Assembly (NCBI GenBank): GCA_951406725.2
Contig: OX597820.1
Span: 97,154,001 to 97,218,000 of the forward strand
From: Octopus vulgaris
Lineage: Eukaryota
Direction of reading: 5' to 3'
Length of the DNA: 64,000 nt
Both the position numbers and the translations under genes were made by a program. The notes under the pieces are model-generated. The model ran no database searches, was not told the DNA's origin, and saw nothing but the letters and a program-made list of their open reading frames with translations. Below, in pieces: positions 51,750 to 64,000 of this stretch; positions within the stretch are counted from its first letter, which is position 1; every line of letters starts with the position of its first letter.

Positions 51750-54678
51750 ATGGCTGGTGACTTCAATGGTCACGTTGGACGACATGCTGGGGGCTTCCAT
51801 GGTGTACATGAAGGCTATGGCTATGGTTCCTGCAACGAGGAGGGAACCAGGCTGCTGGAGTTCTGCGATGCAAATGATCTTATGGTTTGCAACACTAACT
51901 TCAGGAAACCTACCAGCCACCTAGTCACCTACCGATCGGGCCAACATACCAGCCAAATTGACTACATACTTGCCAGGAAAAGGGAAAGATGGCTGCTTAT
52001 AAATGCCAAAACCTTCCCAGGCGAAGAATGTACCCCGCAACATAGACTGGTAGTTAGTGAGTTTAGGATCAGGACTAAGAGGACAACCAGAAGACGACCA
52101 ACATGGAGAAGAAGGATCTGGAAGCTTAAAGATCCTGCGAATGGACAGAGATTTAGGGACATGTTACTTGAAGCCTTTGACGAAGTAGAAGGGGAGAGAG
52201 TATCACATGGGGTAGAAGGCAACTGGACGTTTCTGAGGGACAACCTGCTGAGAGCCACTGACCAGATCTGTGGCTGGTGCAAAGTCCCCTCTCGTCCCAA
52301 GGTAACGTGGTGGTGGAACAATGTTGTAGACAGGGCTATTAGAGAAAAGAGACAGGCATGGAAGGAACTGGAAGAATGGTGGTAGCAGGGAATTGTATCA
52401 GACTGCCAAAAGGGAAGCTAGGAGACAGGTCTATCTAGCCAGAGGGGAAGCAGATAAGAAAAAAATTTGCCAATGTTCTCAAAGACTGGAGGTGTTTCAT
52501 GTTGCAAGACAGTGTGTGAGAGAGAATTGTGATGTGGTAGGAGAGAAATGTGTTCGCATGGATGATGGTTCACTTGCGCTAAATGAGGATGCAAAGAGAG
52601 AGGTTTGGAGACGCCACTATGAAAGGTTGCTGAATAAAGAAAATGAATGGGATAAAGAGAGTCTGCCGAATGTCGACCCAACAAAGGGACCAGCTATCCG
52701 AGTTGACAGTTCCTTGGTAGTTAAGGCAATTAGAAGCATGAAGACAGGGAAAGCCCCAGGCCCATCAGGAATCACTGCAGGGATGCTCAAAATATCTGGT
52801 AGTGTCGGCTATAGCCTAGTCACCCGTATAGTTAATCAGGTGATACATGAAGGAGTCATACCCAATGACTGGTGTAGCAGCATAATAGTCAACTGCTACA
52901 AAGGTAAAGGTGACGCCCTAGATACAAATAATTACAGAGGTATCAAGCAGTTGGATCAGGTAATGAAGGTTACGGAGAGGGTCATAGCCCATCTAATTAC
53001 AGAGAGAGTTAATTTAGATGAGATGCAGTTTGGGTTCGTGCCAGGGAAAAGTACCACTGATACTATTTCCTGGTAAGGCAGCTGCAGGAGAATTACCTAG
53101 CCAAAGATAAGCCCCTGTACCTGGCTTTTGTTGACATGGAGAAAGCCTTCAACAGGGTCCCCCGATCCCTTATCTGGTGGTCATTGAGGAAACTAGGGAT
53201 AGATGAATGGTTAGTGAGAGCTGTGCGAGCCATGTACAGATACGCTGCTAGTAAGGTGAGGGTTGGCAACGAGTACAGTGAAGAATTCCGGGTAGAGGTT
53301 GGGGTCCACCAAGGCTCAGTCCTCAGCCCCCTCCTATTTATCACAGTCCGCCAGGCAATAACGGAGGAATTCAAGACAGGATGCCCCTGGGAGCTCCTCT
53401 ATGCTGATGACCTTGCTCTAATTGCTGAGTCACTATCAGAACTGGAGGAGAAGTTTCAGGTGTGGAAGCAAGGATTAGAATCGAAGGGCCTTAGAGTCAA
53501 TCTTGCTAAAACCAAAGTCCTAATAAGTAGGAAGGTAGACAAATCACAAACGCCTTCAGGTAGATGGCCCTGCTCGATCTGTAGAAAAGGTGTAGGTAGA
53601 AACTCTATAAGATGCACCAAGTGTAAGCTATGGACACATAAGAGGTGCAGCAATGTCAAAGGAAGGCTAACTAGGAAGATAGTTTTCGTATGTGGCAGAT
53701 GCTCAGGAGCAATAAACACTGAAAATGCTCTGAGACCAACTTCTGCCACATTCCAGGGAGAAAAACTGGAAATAGTTGATAGCTTCCGTTACCTAGGTGA
53801 CCAACTCAGTAGCGGGGGCGGGTGTGCTGAAAGTGTAACTGCTAGAGTAAGAATAGCTTGGGCAAAGTTCAGAGAGCTCTTACCTCTGCTGGTGACAAAA
53901 GGCCTCTTGCTCAGAGTAAAAGGCAGACTGTATGACGCGTGTGTACGAACAGCCATGCTACATGGCAGTGAAACATGGGCCGTGACTGCTGAGGATATGC
54001 GTAAGCTCGCAAGAAATGAAACCAGTATGCTCCGATGGATGTGCAATGTCAGTGTTCATACTCGACAGAGTGTAAGTACCTTGAGAGAAAAGCTGGACCT
54101 AAGAAGCATCGGGTGTTGTGTGCAAGAGAGACGTTTGCGCTGGTATGGTCATGTGGCGAGAATGGATGAAGATAGTTGTGTGAAAAAGTGCCACACCCTA
54201 GCAGTTGAGGGAACCTGTGGAAGAGGCAGACCCAGGAATACCTGGGACGAGGTGGCGAGGCACGACCTTCGAACTTTAGGTCTCACTGAGGAAATGACTA
54301 GAGACCGAGACCTTTGGAAGTATGCCGTACGTGAGAAGACCCGGCAGGACAAATGAGACCATAACCCGTGGCCTCTACACGGGATGTAGCCAGTCCACTT
54401 ATGCATACCGTTCCTTCTTGGGACACAAAACTCTACTTGTGAAGACCTGTTGAGGCAAGTGAGAATCGAAATCGATCAACATCAATGGAAATTGCAGCTG
54501 CGATACTAGTGCCGGTGGCACGTAAGAGAGCCATCCGAACGTGGCCGTTGCCAGCGCCGCCCCGACTGGCCTCGTGCCGGTGGGGCGTAAAAAGCACACA
54601 CTACACTCACGGAGTGGTTGGCGTTAAGAAGGGCATCAAGCCGTAGAAACATTGCCAGATCAGACTGGGCCTGGTGCA
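51750..54678 (+). mobile_element. 5'-truncated RTE LINE (APE C-half, RT, PHD insert), frameshifted
   Basis: [21 protein letters not shown]; same 5' truncation point as 30966. Confidence 0.92.
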
Positions 54679-54682
54679 GAGA

Positions 54683-54802
54683 ATAACAATTAATATCGTA
54701 TTTATTGTGTGAAAATTATAGAAACTAAAACAACTTTGATAAGAACTTATACCTACTTTTCTGACAAAAACAATGCCGTTCTGAACATTTTGGCCGCAAC
54801 TG
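54683..54802. mobile_element. Solo Tc1 right TIR
   Basis: Matches ~38308-38430, ends GGCCGCAACTG|TA. Confidence 0.85.
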
Positions 54803-55149
54803 TATATATACATACATACTGATATTGATATTAATAACTTCACAGCATACGCACACATTCTACTCCATAGTAACAACTAAAGATGTTGTTATGGCCTTTT
54901 CTTTGATAATATCTTTCCTGCTTATTTAAATTCAGTTCAATGCACACTTGCCTTGAACCAACCACTTCTCTTTTTGTGTGTGTGTTCTTGATAATCGTTT
55001 AGAACAAGTAGTTTTACACCAATTACACTATTTTTTCCCCTTTTTTCCGGCCCGGGTCAAACACTATAGTTTAAAGGCCATGGACTGAAGATGTGAATTT
55101 TTTTTGTTTGTTTTTGTGCAGTGAAATAATAGTTTAACCATACAGAGCC

Positions 55150-55550
55150 CTTACCTGTCGACCAAGGCGGGATGAGTGATCACTGCCCTTATCGTGAAGA
55201 AAAACAGGGTCCTGCCACACTTGCCGTCTCTTACTGAACTGCACCGACGTGTTTCCTGTCCGCGCATGCGCCCGTTGCTCTTTCGCCGGCGCCTACATCT
55301 CTTCACTTCTGTTTACCTCAATATGCAATCCTCATGACCATCACCCCAGAGCTCATTACAGCCCATAACACCATACTTTAGAAGACCAAACTTTGTGCGC
55401 ACGAGTTTGAGGAGCTTTACGATGGTACTACTTGGGAACAGTGGTCCCGGTGCCCGCACTCGCGTAAGCTAGTCGTGACTAGTCGATCCTACAACGACTA
55501 CCTTGCAAAGTAACTAACATAATGTAAGGATCGACTAGTCATGACTAGCT
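55150..55550 (-). promoter_or_regulatory. Putative promoter, first exon and donor for ZNF-B
   Basis: CAG|GTAAG at 55157-55150; GCGCATGCGC 55262-55271. Confidence 0.6.
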
Positions 55551-56329
55551 GGCGTGTGTGCTTGTTCATGTGTGTGTGTGTGCTTTTTGTCTGTGTATGT
55601 GTGTGCTTCTTCTTGTCTGTGCTGGAGCACCGCCATTTGGTCTAGCGGGTCGACCCCAGGACTTGTTCTTCGTAGGCCTAGTACTTGTTCTGTCCGTCTC
55701 TTTTGCCGGACCGCTGGTTTGCGGGGACGTAAACACACCAGCATCGGTTGTCAATCGATGCTGGGGGCAAACACACACACACACATATATATATATGGTG
55801 TGTTTACGTCCCCGTAATGATGCTGATGTGTTTACGCTCCCATAACTTGGCGGTTCGGCTGGGACAACCGATAGAGTACGTATTACGCTTGCAAAGGGTG
55901 GGTCCTGGGGTTGATTTGCTCGATTAGAGGTGGTGTTCCAGCATGGCCGCAGTTAACTGACTGGAACAAGTAAAAGAGTAAAAAAGAGAGTCTCAACAGA
56001 TAAAGTGAAAACTTCCGGAATGCTTCATGTATGTGTACAAATGAATGTGTGTTTGTGTGTGAATCATCATCTTCATCATCGTTTACCGTCCGCTTTCCAT
56101 GCTAGCATGGGTTGGACGATCTTGACTGAGGGCTGGCGAACCAGATGGCTTCCCCAGGCTCCAATCTTGATCTGGCAGAGTTTCTACAGCTGGATGCCCT
56201 TCCTAACGCCAACCACTCCGTGAGTGTAGTGGGTGTTTTTTACATGCCACCGGCACGGGCGCCAGTCAGGCGGTACTGGCAATAACCTCGCTCAAATCTT
56301 TTACACATGCCACTGGCACAGGTGCCATT

Positions 56330-56870
56330 AAGTGTCGACTGCGCTGCCATCACGTGTGGTATGTGTATCTCTCGCTCTGTGTGATTACTGATTTGATTGT
56401 GTTCATTGTGTCAGATCATGAATAGGTGAGGCTGTGCGAATCACCCGAATAACTTTTGTTATGTCTTTTGAAAACTTGTTCCTCGTGACCAGCGGAAGAA
56501 CATTACTACCAAATTAAAAATTATTAAATATTATTTCGGGTGTAAATTTGGAGACCAAAACAAGAGGCCTCATATATGCTGCATCGTGTGTTACTCAGGA
56601 CTTACACAATGGTTGGGTGGAAAACGGAAGGGAATGCCTTTTACTCTACCAATGGTATGGCATGAGCCAACCAATCATGTTTGTGATTGCTACTTTTGCA
56701 TGACTAAAATCAACGATTTCTCAAAGAAAACCAAAGCAAAAATTAAGTATGCAGATTGTAAGTCAGCTCTAAAGCCGGTCCCACATGACTTCGAGAACCC
56801 TGTCCCAGTTCCTCTCTCACATGATTCACTTGAAGACCTTGACATGTCGCACGATGAATGTGTCACCGGC
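56330..56870 (+). pseudogene. Chapaev3-like transposase N-terminal fragment
   Basis: CANHPNNFCYV; MPFTLPMVWHEPTNHVCDCYFC. Confidence 0.6.
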
Positions 56871-57807
56871 ACGGAAGCCAGTTTCAAAGTTGTTTTAGTT
56901 TCTATAATTTTCACACACAATAAATACAATATTAATCGTTATTGTCTGAGATTTTGGTGTAATTTGAGAGGACAATACAAAAGCTATGGATGATTTAGTG
57001 ATTTACTGCAAAACCCATGGCGGCCAAAATGATGTCCTTTTATGTGCCACTGGCACGGAAGCCGGTTGGCTGCTCTGGCAACGATCACGCGCGGATAGTG
57101 CTCTTAGCACCCTACTAGCACGGGCACAAGTGCCAGTAAGGCATCACTGGTAACGATCACACTTGAACGGTGCCCTTTTATGTGCCACTGGCACGGAAGC
57201 CGGTTAACCACTCTGTCAACAATCACACTCATATGGTGCTCTTTGCACCCCGCTAGCATGGACGCCAGTCATAAATTTGATTTTGACTGTATGTGTATGT
57301 GCATAAGCTGATGTCTTCACATTATGATAGTTTGACTGTCACTGTCAGTCAAGCATCATTCTGTTTCCAATCTTCTGTGTAAATATTTCCAGCCACGGAG
57401 AAATATCAGCTAGATTGGAAACAGGTGATGGTTGATGACCAGAAGCACATCTTCTAGAAACGATGGTGATGACAATGATGATGATGATAACCAAACACTA
57501 GTGACATCACTGATATATGAGATTATGTCTTAAATCTATTGTTGTATTTAGGAATGGTCATTTTGCCAGTTTAGCCAATAAAAACACACGCACTATATAT
57601 TTGGTGTTAATTTGCTTCAGCGTTATTTATTTTTTTACTTTAATCTTATTCTTATTTCGGCCAGAGTTCTTTCGTCACACTTCTGTGACCTCAAGCATGT
57701 ATCTGACTCATACACTGTTCGCTTCCCAGACATTTGTACATTACTGCATATGCTTTATACGCACTTTTGACAAGTTGTGGTGCACCTGAGCACTGTATAC
57801 AATAATT

Positions 57808-57887
<80 letters not shown>

Positions 57888-58274
57888 AGAACCGTCCGAA
57901 CGTGGCCGTTGCCAGCGCTGCCCTGACTGGCTTCCGTGCCGGTGGCACGTAAAAAGCACCATCCGATCGTAGCCGTTTGCCAGACTCATCTGGCACCTGT
58001 GCAGGTGACATGTAAAAAGCACCCACTACACTCATGGAGTGGTTGGCATTAGGAAGGGCATCCAGCTGTAGAAACACTGCCAGATCAGACTGGGCCTGGC
58101 ACATCCTCCTGGCTTCCCAGACCCCAGTTCAACCATCCAACCCATGCTAGCATGGAAAACAGACGTTAAACGATGATGATGATTATTATTATTATTATTA
58201 TTATTATTATTTTCATTATTATAAAGTTGCAGTTCTGTATGTACACAGAGATGTGCACTTTCTTTCATTTTAGC

Positions 58275-58572
58275 AAGAGAATGATTTAGTGGTACGGCTC
58301 CTCCACTGTATGAATTCTTTTGTGTCGAGTTAGAGTGCCTTTCTGAGAAAATGATTTACCACAGATATCACACTGATATGGCTTTTCCCCTGTATGGGTC
58401 CGTTTGTGTGAAATTAAAATATGTGTTTCAGAAAATGATTTACCACAGATATTACAGTGATATGGTGTCTTTCCTGTATGAACCAGTTTGTGTTTAGTTA
58501 GATTACTACTTAGAGAGAAAGATTTATCACAGATATCACAATGATATGGCTTCTCTCCTGCATGGATCCGTC
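58275..58572 (-). pseudogene. Decayed C2H2 finger array (paralog of 5620-5912)
   Basis: Colinear antisense finger repeats with lesions. Confidence 0.85.
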
Positions 58573-59395
58573 AGATGTAGTGTGTAAGAGAGGAGATTAT
58601 GATGGTATGGACATGTGATGCGGATGGAAGATGATGATAGTTACATAAGTAAATAGTGAGCACTCAAAGTTAATTGGTACCAGTGGAATTGGGAGACCAA
58701 AGACTCTGGGTGAGAGGGTGAAAAGTGATCTCATGAAAAATGACGGTACAGCTGACAAAAGAAATGACGGAGGACTGTGTCAATAGGTGATATGCGGAAG
58801 ACTCAGCCTTGTGCAAGTTTGACAAAATATTTGTTGATGTGGTGGATAGTGCATGCAGCCCACCCCTTTGCCTACTGTATTGTTCACTTATTCATTTACT
58901 GTCTCTTTCTCATTCTATACTCCCACCATCTATTCCACCTGCTGTACTTATTCTGTATCTTCTTATCTCTTCTATTTACTGTATTCCATGCCTTGCATAT
59001 ATGGAAAGAAAATACTCAATTTATGCATATTGAATATTTCTCCCTCATATCTCTACCTCTTATATCCTACTACCCTTCCTTTTTCTTTCCTCCTGAGTTA
59101 TAATACCTGTATAGGGAAGAATTGCACTCTAACAACCCTTGCTCACCTTCTATGACTTTCAAGTCACCGTGCTCTCTTGAACAGATACATTCTGGTTCCT
59201 CATTCTTTTATATTTCTTCCATGAACCACTCTATCCATCCATATATAATGTGAGGTAGCCCTACATCTCCTATTCAATCTACTCTCACCATTCTATCTCA
59301 CTTTCTCTTACCCTTCTCTCTAGTTAATCCCCTGACACTACTTTTCACTTACCTCTTATTACTCACTTCTATATTATCTTTCCAGCTATATATAA

Positions 59396-60680
59396 CACTG
59401 GTCTATAAGGTTTTTGGTGTTTAAGAAATAGGCATCATTCCTATACAAAATCAGTCTCCTGAATCCAAATATAACCTTCTTTTTGACCTATCAGATCTAG
59501 TTTTTAAGTTATTGAACATCCCTACAGCCACAATGTATGTGTATACGTCCAGTACGCAGTGTTCATTACCTTATTCTAATTCTAAGGTTTTTCCTTTTTC
59601 CATACTTTTTAGATGTTGTGGTGAACTAAGCAACAGAAAATGAGCAAGAGGTCCTCTTCAAGAAAGTGTTGCATTAGTTCTCCAAATGTGTTTTGTTATG
59701 TTTGTAGAGAATACACATTACCTGAAAATCGAAAAAATATCACTGATTTTGTTGAAAGAGTATATATGGCATATTTTGGGGTCATGCTGGGAGACAAGAT
59801 GAATATTGGGCACTGCACAATGGCTGCAAACAATGTCCAGAATATTTGCGACAATGGACTAAAGGGACACAGAAATGTATGAGGTTTGCTATACCAATGG
59901 TATGGCAGGAGCCCTTTAATCATGTGGATGACTGCTATTTTTGTAACCTAAATTTGAAGGGTATTAACTGGAAAGATCAAAAAACGCTTGCCTATCCTAA
60001 TCTTGCCTTTGATATTAAGCTGGCTTTGCACAGTGAAGAGCTTCCTGTTCTTGTCTTCAATGTCTTGCCTCAGATAACTTTACCCTCAACAAAACAAGAT
60101 TCATCATCTGAAGACTTTACCTCAGCTATTCTCCCAGGTAGAGCTGAATGATCTAGTTCATGACTTCCCAAAAACACCTGCAGAACTGTTGGCTTCCTGA
60201 CTGAAAGAGAAGAATCTTCTTTTATCAGAGTCAGCATGAAGAGTTCCTTTCTTTCTTCACAAAAGGGGAAGAGCTGCTTTACAGCAGAGGTGTCAGTGGG
60301 TTTCTTAATAAACTTGGCATTGATGAATACAAACCAGAGGGATGGCATCTTTCCACAGACAGCTCTAAGCGTAGTTTAAAATGTGTATTGTTGCACAACA
60401 GAAATGTGTATGATCACTCAACAACTCTGAAGGAAAAATATGAAGAAATTTGGTTTTAGAGAAGATACTGTATCATGATCATAGATGTCTCATCTGTGTT
60501 GGCTCAAAGATGCTAAGTTTTCTCATGGGACAGCAATCTGGTTATAACAATTACTCATGCTTTCTTTGGATGTGGGACAGTAGAGACCAAGTAAACCATT
60601 ATGTTAAGAAAGGCTGGCTGCCTCAAACAAACATGGCTCCATTTAGAGCTGCCAATATATTGGAAGAACCTTTAGTTACC
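59396..60680 (+). mobile_element. Degraded Chapaev3-like DNA transposon
   Basis: TAA|CACTG candidate start; SPNVFCYVC, PMVWQEPFNHVDDCYFC, DSSKRSLKCVLLHN, GQQSGY..CFLWMWDSR; family name from recall of motifs. Confidence 0.65.
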
Positions 60681-61754
60681 ATATTTTCTTCCATAACTGC
60701 CAAATCTGAAGAGCACAGGCTTACATAATCAAGCTGTTATCTCACATCCCGCTGAACCCCTAGTGTGAAACCGACTGGTAAGATCAACTGCAGTAGATAT
60801 ATAACACTGTACACCGCTTTACAACCGGTGTTGGTCTCCCCATAACTTAGTCGTTCGGCAAAATGACCAATAGAATGAGTACCAGACCTAAAAATGTACT
60901 AGAGTCGATTCCTTCGACTAAAATTTCTTAAGGCAGTGTCGCAGTGTAATGACAGAAGCAAGGAAAGGATGAAAGATTTTGTATATATTTCATCAAAAAT
61001 AAAGTTACAAATAACGGTGCTTATTATTTCCTTACATTTTGGTTCGTTTCTGATTTTATGAATCTAAATTATTTAATTTGAGCCTTTTCCTGTCATTACT
61101 GTGGATAAATTGCAGAAGCGATAGAATAAAAATTAAAAGGAATGTTTTTTCTGTTTTTACAAATTACGTAAAAAAAAAGTTAATGAATTACCTCCCTTAT
61201 TCCATTAAAAGAACACAAGCAATAAATTATAAGCGCTACGTATTTATATATAGATACATACACTCATACACACATATTCATTCATTCACACACAAGTGAT
61301 CATACGTATATACATATATGATTTTCTCTCTTTCTCTACTTTCATACATACACGATACCTTGTAACTATCAATGAACAGTGTTGTTGGCCCTGATTCATC
61401 CTAATTATGCAAACATTTGAATAAAGACATTCCTGCTACGATTATCCCATCTTATTGTAAATCTAGGACTATATGTCCAAGGTGTATGTTAGTTTTTACA
61501 AAGCCTTTCTTTAAATGTATTTAGTTCTCACGGAGTGAAAATACTGTTGTTTTGCCATTCTTTCATAATTCCGTTCACATCTAAGATGAATGATGGGAAT
61601 ATTAATCAAACCACTCCTTTCATTGGTCAACATAGGAGTTGTAAAGGGTAAAGGTGCTCAGTGCACGATTCGAAATCAGAACATGAAAAACAGAAGCCGT
61701 CGGGTATTCAGGGAACGGTGTTTCGCAGAATTCTCGTTTAAGCATCTCATATAA

Positions 61755-62192
61755 ACCTTCATAACATTTTTTATTTTTTGAAATTTCGAGATAATTTTCG
61801 CGAATTTATGTTCTACATAGGAGAATTCATATGATCATGAAAAGATAAAAAAAAAACAAATTGATCCCCACCTCCGCACTCCTATCCTAAAAGTTCCACT
61901 CTTTTTCGATTTTTTTTTACTTAGTGCCAAGAATAGACCACCCTTGGGTGCATCATCATTCCATCAAATGTGTTCATGGGAAGAAAAATATTGAAAAACA
62001 TCAATACATGTCAGAATAACAAAGAAACGAGGAAGGTATTAGGTGGTCGTGAGATGTGCAAAAAATAACTAATAAATCGCACTTAAATTACGCACAATTT
62101 TTTTTTCCTGATTGTATGAAATCCCGTGTATAGAACACAAATTGCAAAAATTTTCTGAAAATGTCAAAGAAAAAAAAAGTTATGAAGGGTTA
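61755..62192. mobile_element. Old MITE with ~90-bp imperfect TIRs
   Basis: CCTTCATAAC...GTTCTA mirrored by TAGAAC...GTTATGAAGG. Confidence 0.6.
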
Positions 62193-62369
62193 TGCTAAAT
62201 AAAAACAATCTGAGTGGTATCAAATGTATTAAGTAAACTGTAAACTAAAATTTATAGGCAGAGGCTGTCGATGATGGCAATCTGGCAGAGTAGTTTGACT
62301 CTCGGATAGAATGATTAGCGCTTTGTGTTGCGAAACTCTGCACCCTGAGTTCGTATTCCAGATCAACCT

Positions 62370-63540
62370 CGTCTTTTACTTGCTTCAGTCATTCGACTGC
62401 GGCCCTGCTGGGGCACCGCCTTGAAGAAATTTGTCGACCGCAGTACTTTTTTTTTTTTTTTTTTGTAAAGCCTGGTACTTATTCTATCGGTCTCTTTTAC
62501 CGAACACACATCGGTTGTCAAGCGGTGGTGGGGAACAAATACATACACAAAGACACACACACTTCGGGCTTCTTCCAGTTTCCGTCTACCAAATCCACTC
62601 ACTTTGGCCAGCCCAAAGTTGTAGCAGAAAATACTTGCTCAATGTGTTACGCAGTAGGACTGAACCCGGAACTATGTAGTTGGGAAGTAAACTTCTTACC
62701 TCACAGTTACATATAGGTATTAGTTCCAGAGCGGTAGAGTGGTGGATTTGGACGGCATACCTTCCTTTATCCGTTCTGGTTCTAAGTTCAAATATCACCT
62801 CCACTTAGAAGAGGGGAAAAAATGTGATACTTCTGTCAGGAATTGCGACCGACGGATAGTATCAGCAATGGAAGCATAGTTTCCTACCGTGACTATCACT
62901 ACAAGTCACCCATGCAATTATGTTTTCAGTTTTTTGGTTTGTAGCTTTTGCAGGGTTGTCGTCTCGAAAGGTTTTAAGTCGTACATATCGGCCTTAGTAC
63001 TTTCTTTTTTCTTAAACTTGGTACTTAATCTGTCCCTTTTGCCGAACCACTAGTTTACGAGGGATGTAAACAAGCCAATACCGGTTGTCAAGCGGCAATG
63101 GGACATGCCCACACCCACACATCTTTTCTTTTCATTATTTATCCTTTACTTGTTTCAATCATTAGACTGTGGCCATGCTGGGGCTCCGCCTTGTAGAATT
63201 TTAGTCGAACGAATTGACCCCTGAATACGTCCGGTACTTATTCTATTTCCTTTTGCCGAACCGCTAGCTTACGAGGATGTAAACACACCAACACCGGTTG
63301 TCAAGTGATGATGGGGGACAAACACATACACACACACACACAGACGAGCGCACAGTGGCTAAGTTAAAGCAGCTCGCTGTACAAAATACTTCCTTCCGGT
63401 TCTTTACATTCTGAGTTCAAATTCCGTCGAGATCGATTTGGCCTTTCATCCCTTTGAGGTCAATGAAATAAGTACCAGTCGGGCATTGGGTCGATGTAAT
63501 TGACTCGCACCCGCCTACAAGACTTCTGGACTTGTGCCTA
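62370..63540. mobile_element. Cluster of diverged tRNA-derived SINEs
   Basis: Multiple GGGCACCGCC / GCCGAACC / GGTTGTCAAG blocks and SINE core at ~63410-63505. Confidence 0.7.
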
Positions 63541-63554
63541 TACGTACGAGTAGC

Positions 63555-63930
63555 TAAATTTCCAACACTAATCTAAGGGAGTTAACTCTGATAAGCAAGT
63601 GCCGACGATATGCTCTTTGGGTTTGAATAATTGACCCCTGATTTTGATAGAACAATTTCACCACTTGGGTGCGTTGTGTGGTGCCATATTTTCCCATAAT
63701 TAATTTCCGAGACCTAGTCCATAACATCCCTGAAAAGAAAACAAAAAGGTAAAATAATAAAAGAATTATCACAAATTGCAACCCCTCAACGACTTTTGGG
63801 CCATCGCGGTTACAATTTTTGATAAATTTATTTTTTGACCTTTTTCTTTTCTATTCAGGGATTTTATGGACTTGGTCCTGGAAATTGATTATAGAAAAAT
63901 ATGGCACCACACAACGCACCCAAGTGGAGT
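63555..63930. mobile_element. Tc1/mariner-like 5' fragment with inverted duplication
   Basis: KYGTTQRTQVVKLFYQNQGSIIQTQRAYRRH resembles a transposase N-terminal HTH; ~63660-63733 inverted at ~63853-63927. Confidence 0.5.
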
Positions 63931-64000
63931 TCGCAAAATTTAACAGTGATGAATTGTAACATTTGAGAGTAGGATCATTTGTCAGACGTTACAAACATAG

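Overview
Eukaryotic, AT-rich, microsatellite-dense DNA. The repeat families and long C2H2 arrays suggest an octopus/cephalopod (inference). The window is part of a tandem cluster of minus-strand C2H2 zinc-finger genes, with two intact 18-finger paralogs (9172-10818 and 49076-50722). A CpG-rich promoter/first-exon block with a minus-strand splice donor occurs three times (~2.5, 38.8 and 55.2 kb), and decayed finger arrays lie between genes. Most of the rest is transposon-derived: RTE-type LINEs with a PHD finger inserted inside the RT, a near full-length CR1-group LINE with a Myb/SANT-like + CCCH ORF1, an inverted Penelope pair forming a ~4.2 kb palindrome, Helitrons, Tc1, mariner and Chapaev3-like relics, MITEs and tRNA-derived SINEs. 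Manual folding found six hammerhead-ribozyme-like motifs, three of them sense to the predicted 27.6 kb ZNF intron. Coordinates were read by eye, and TE boundaries are approximate.
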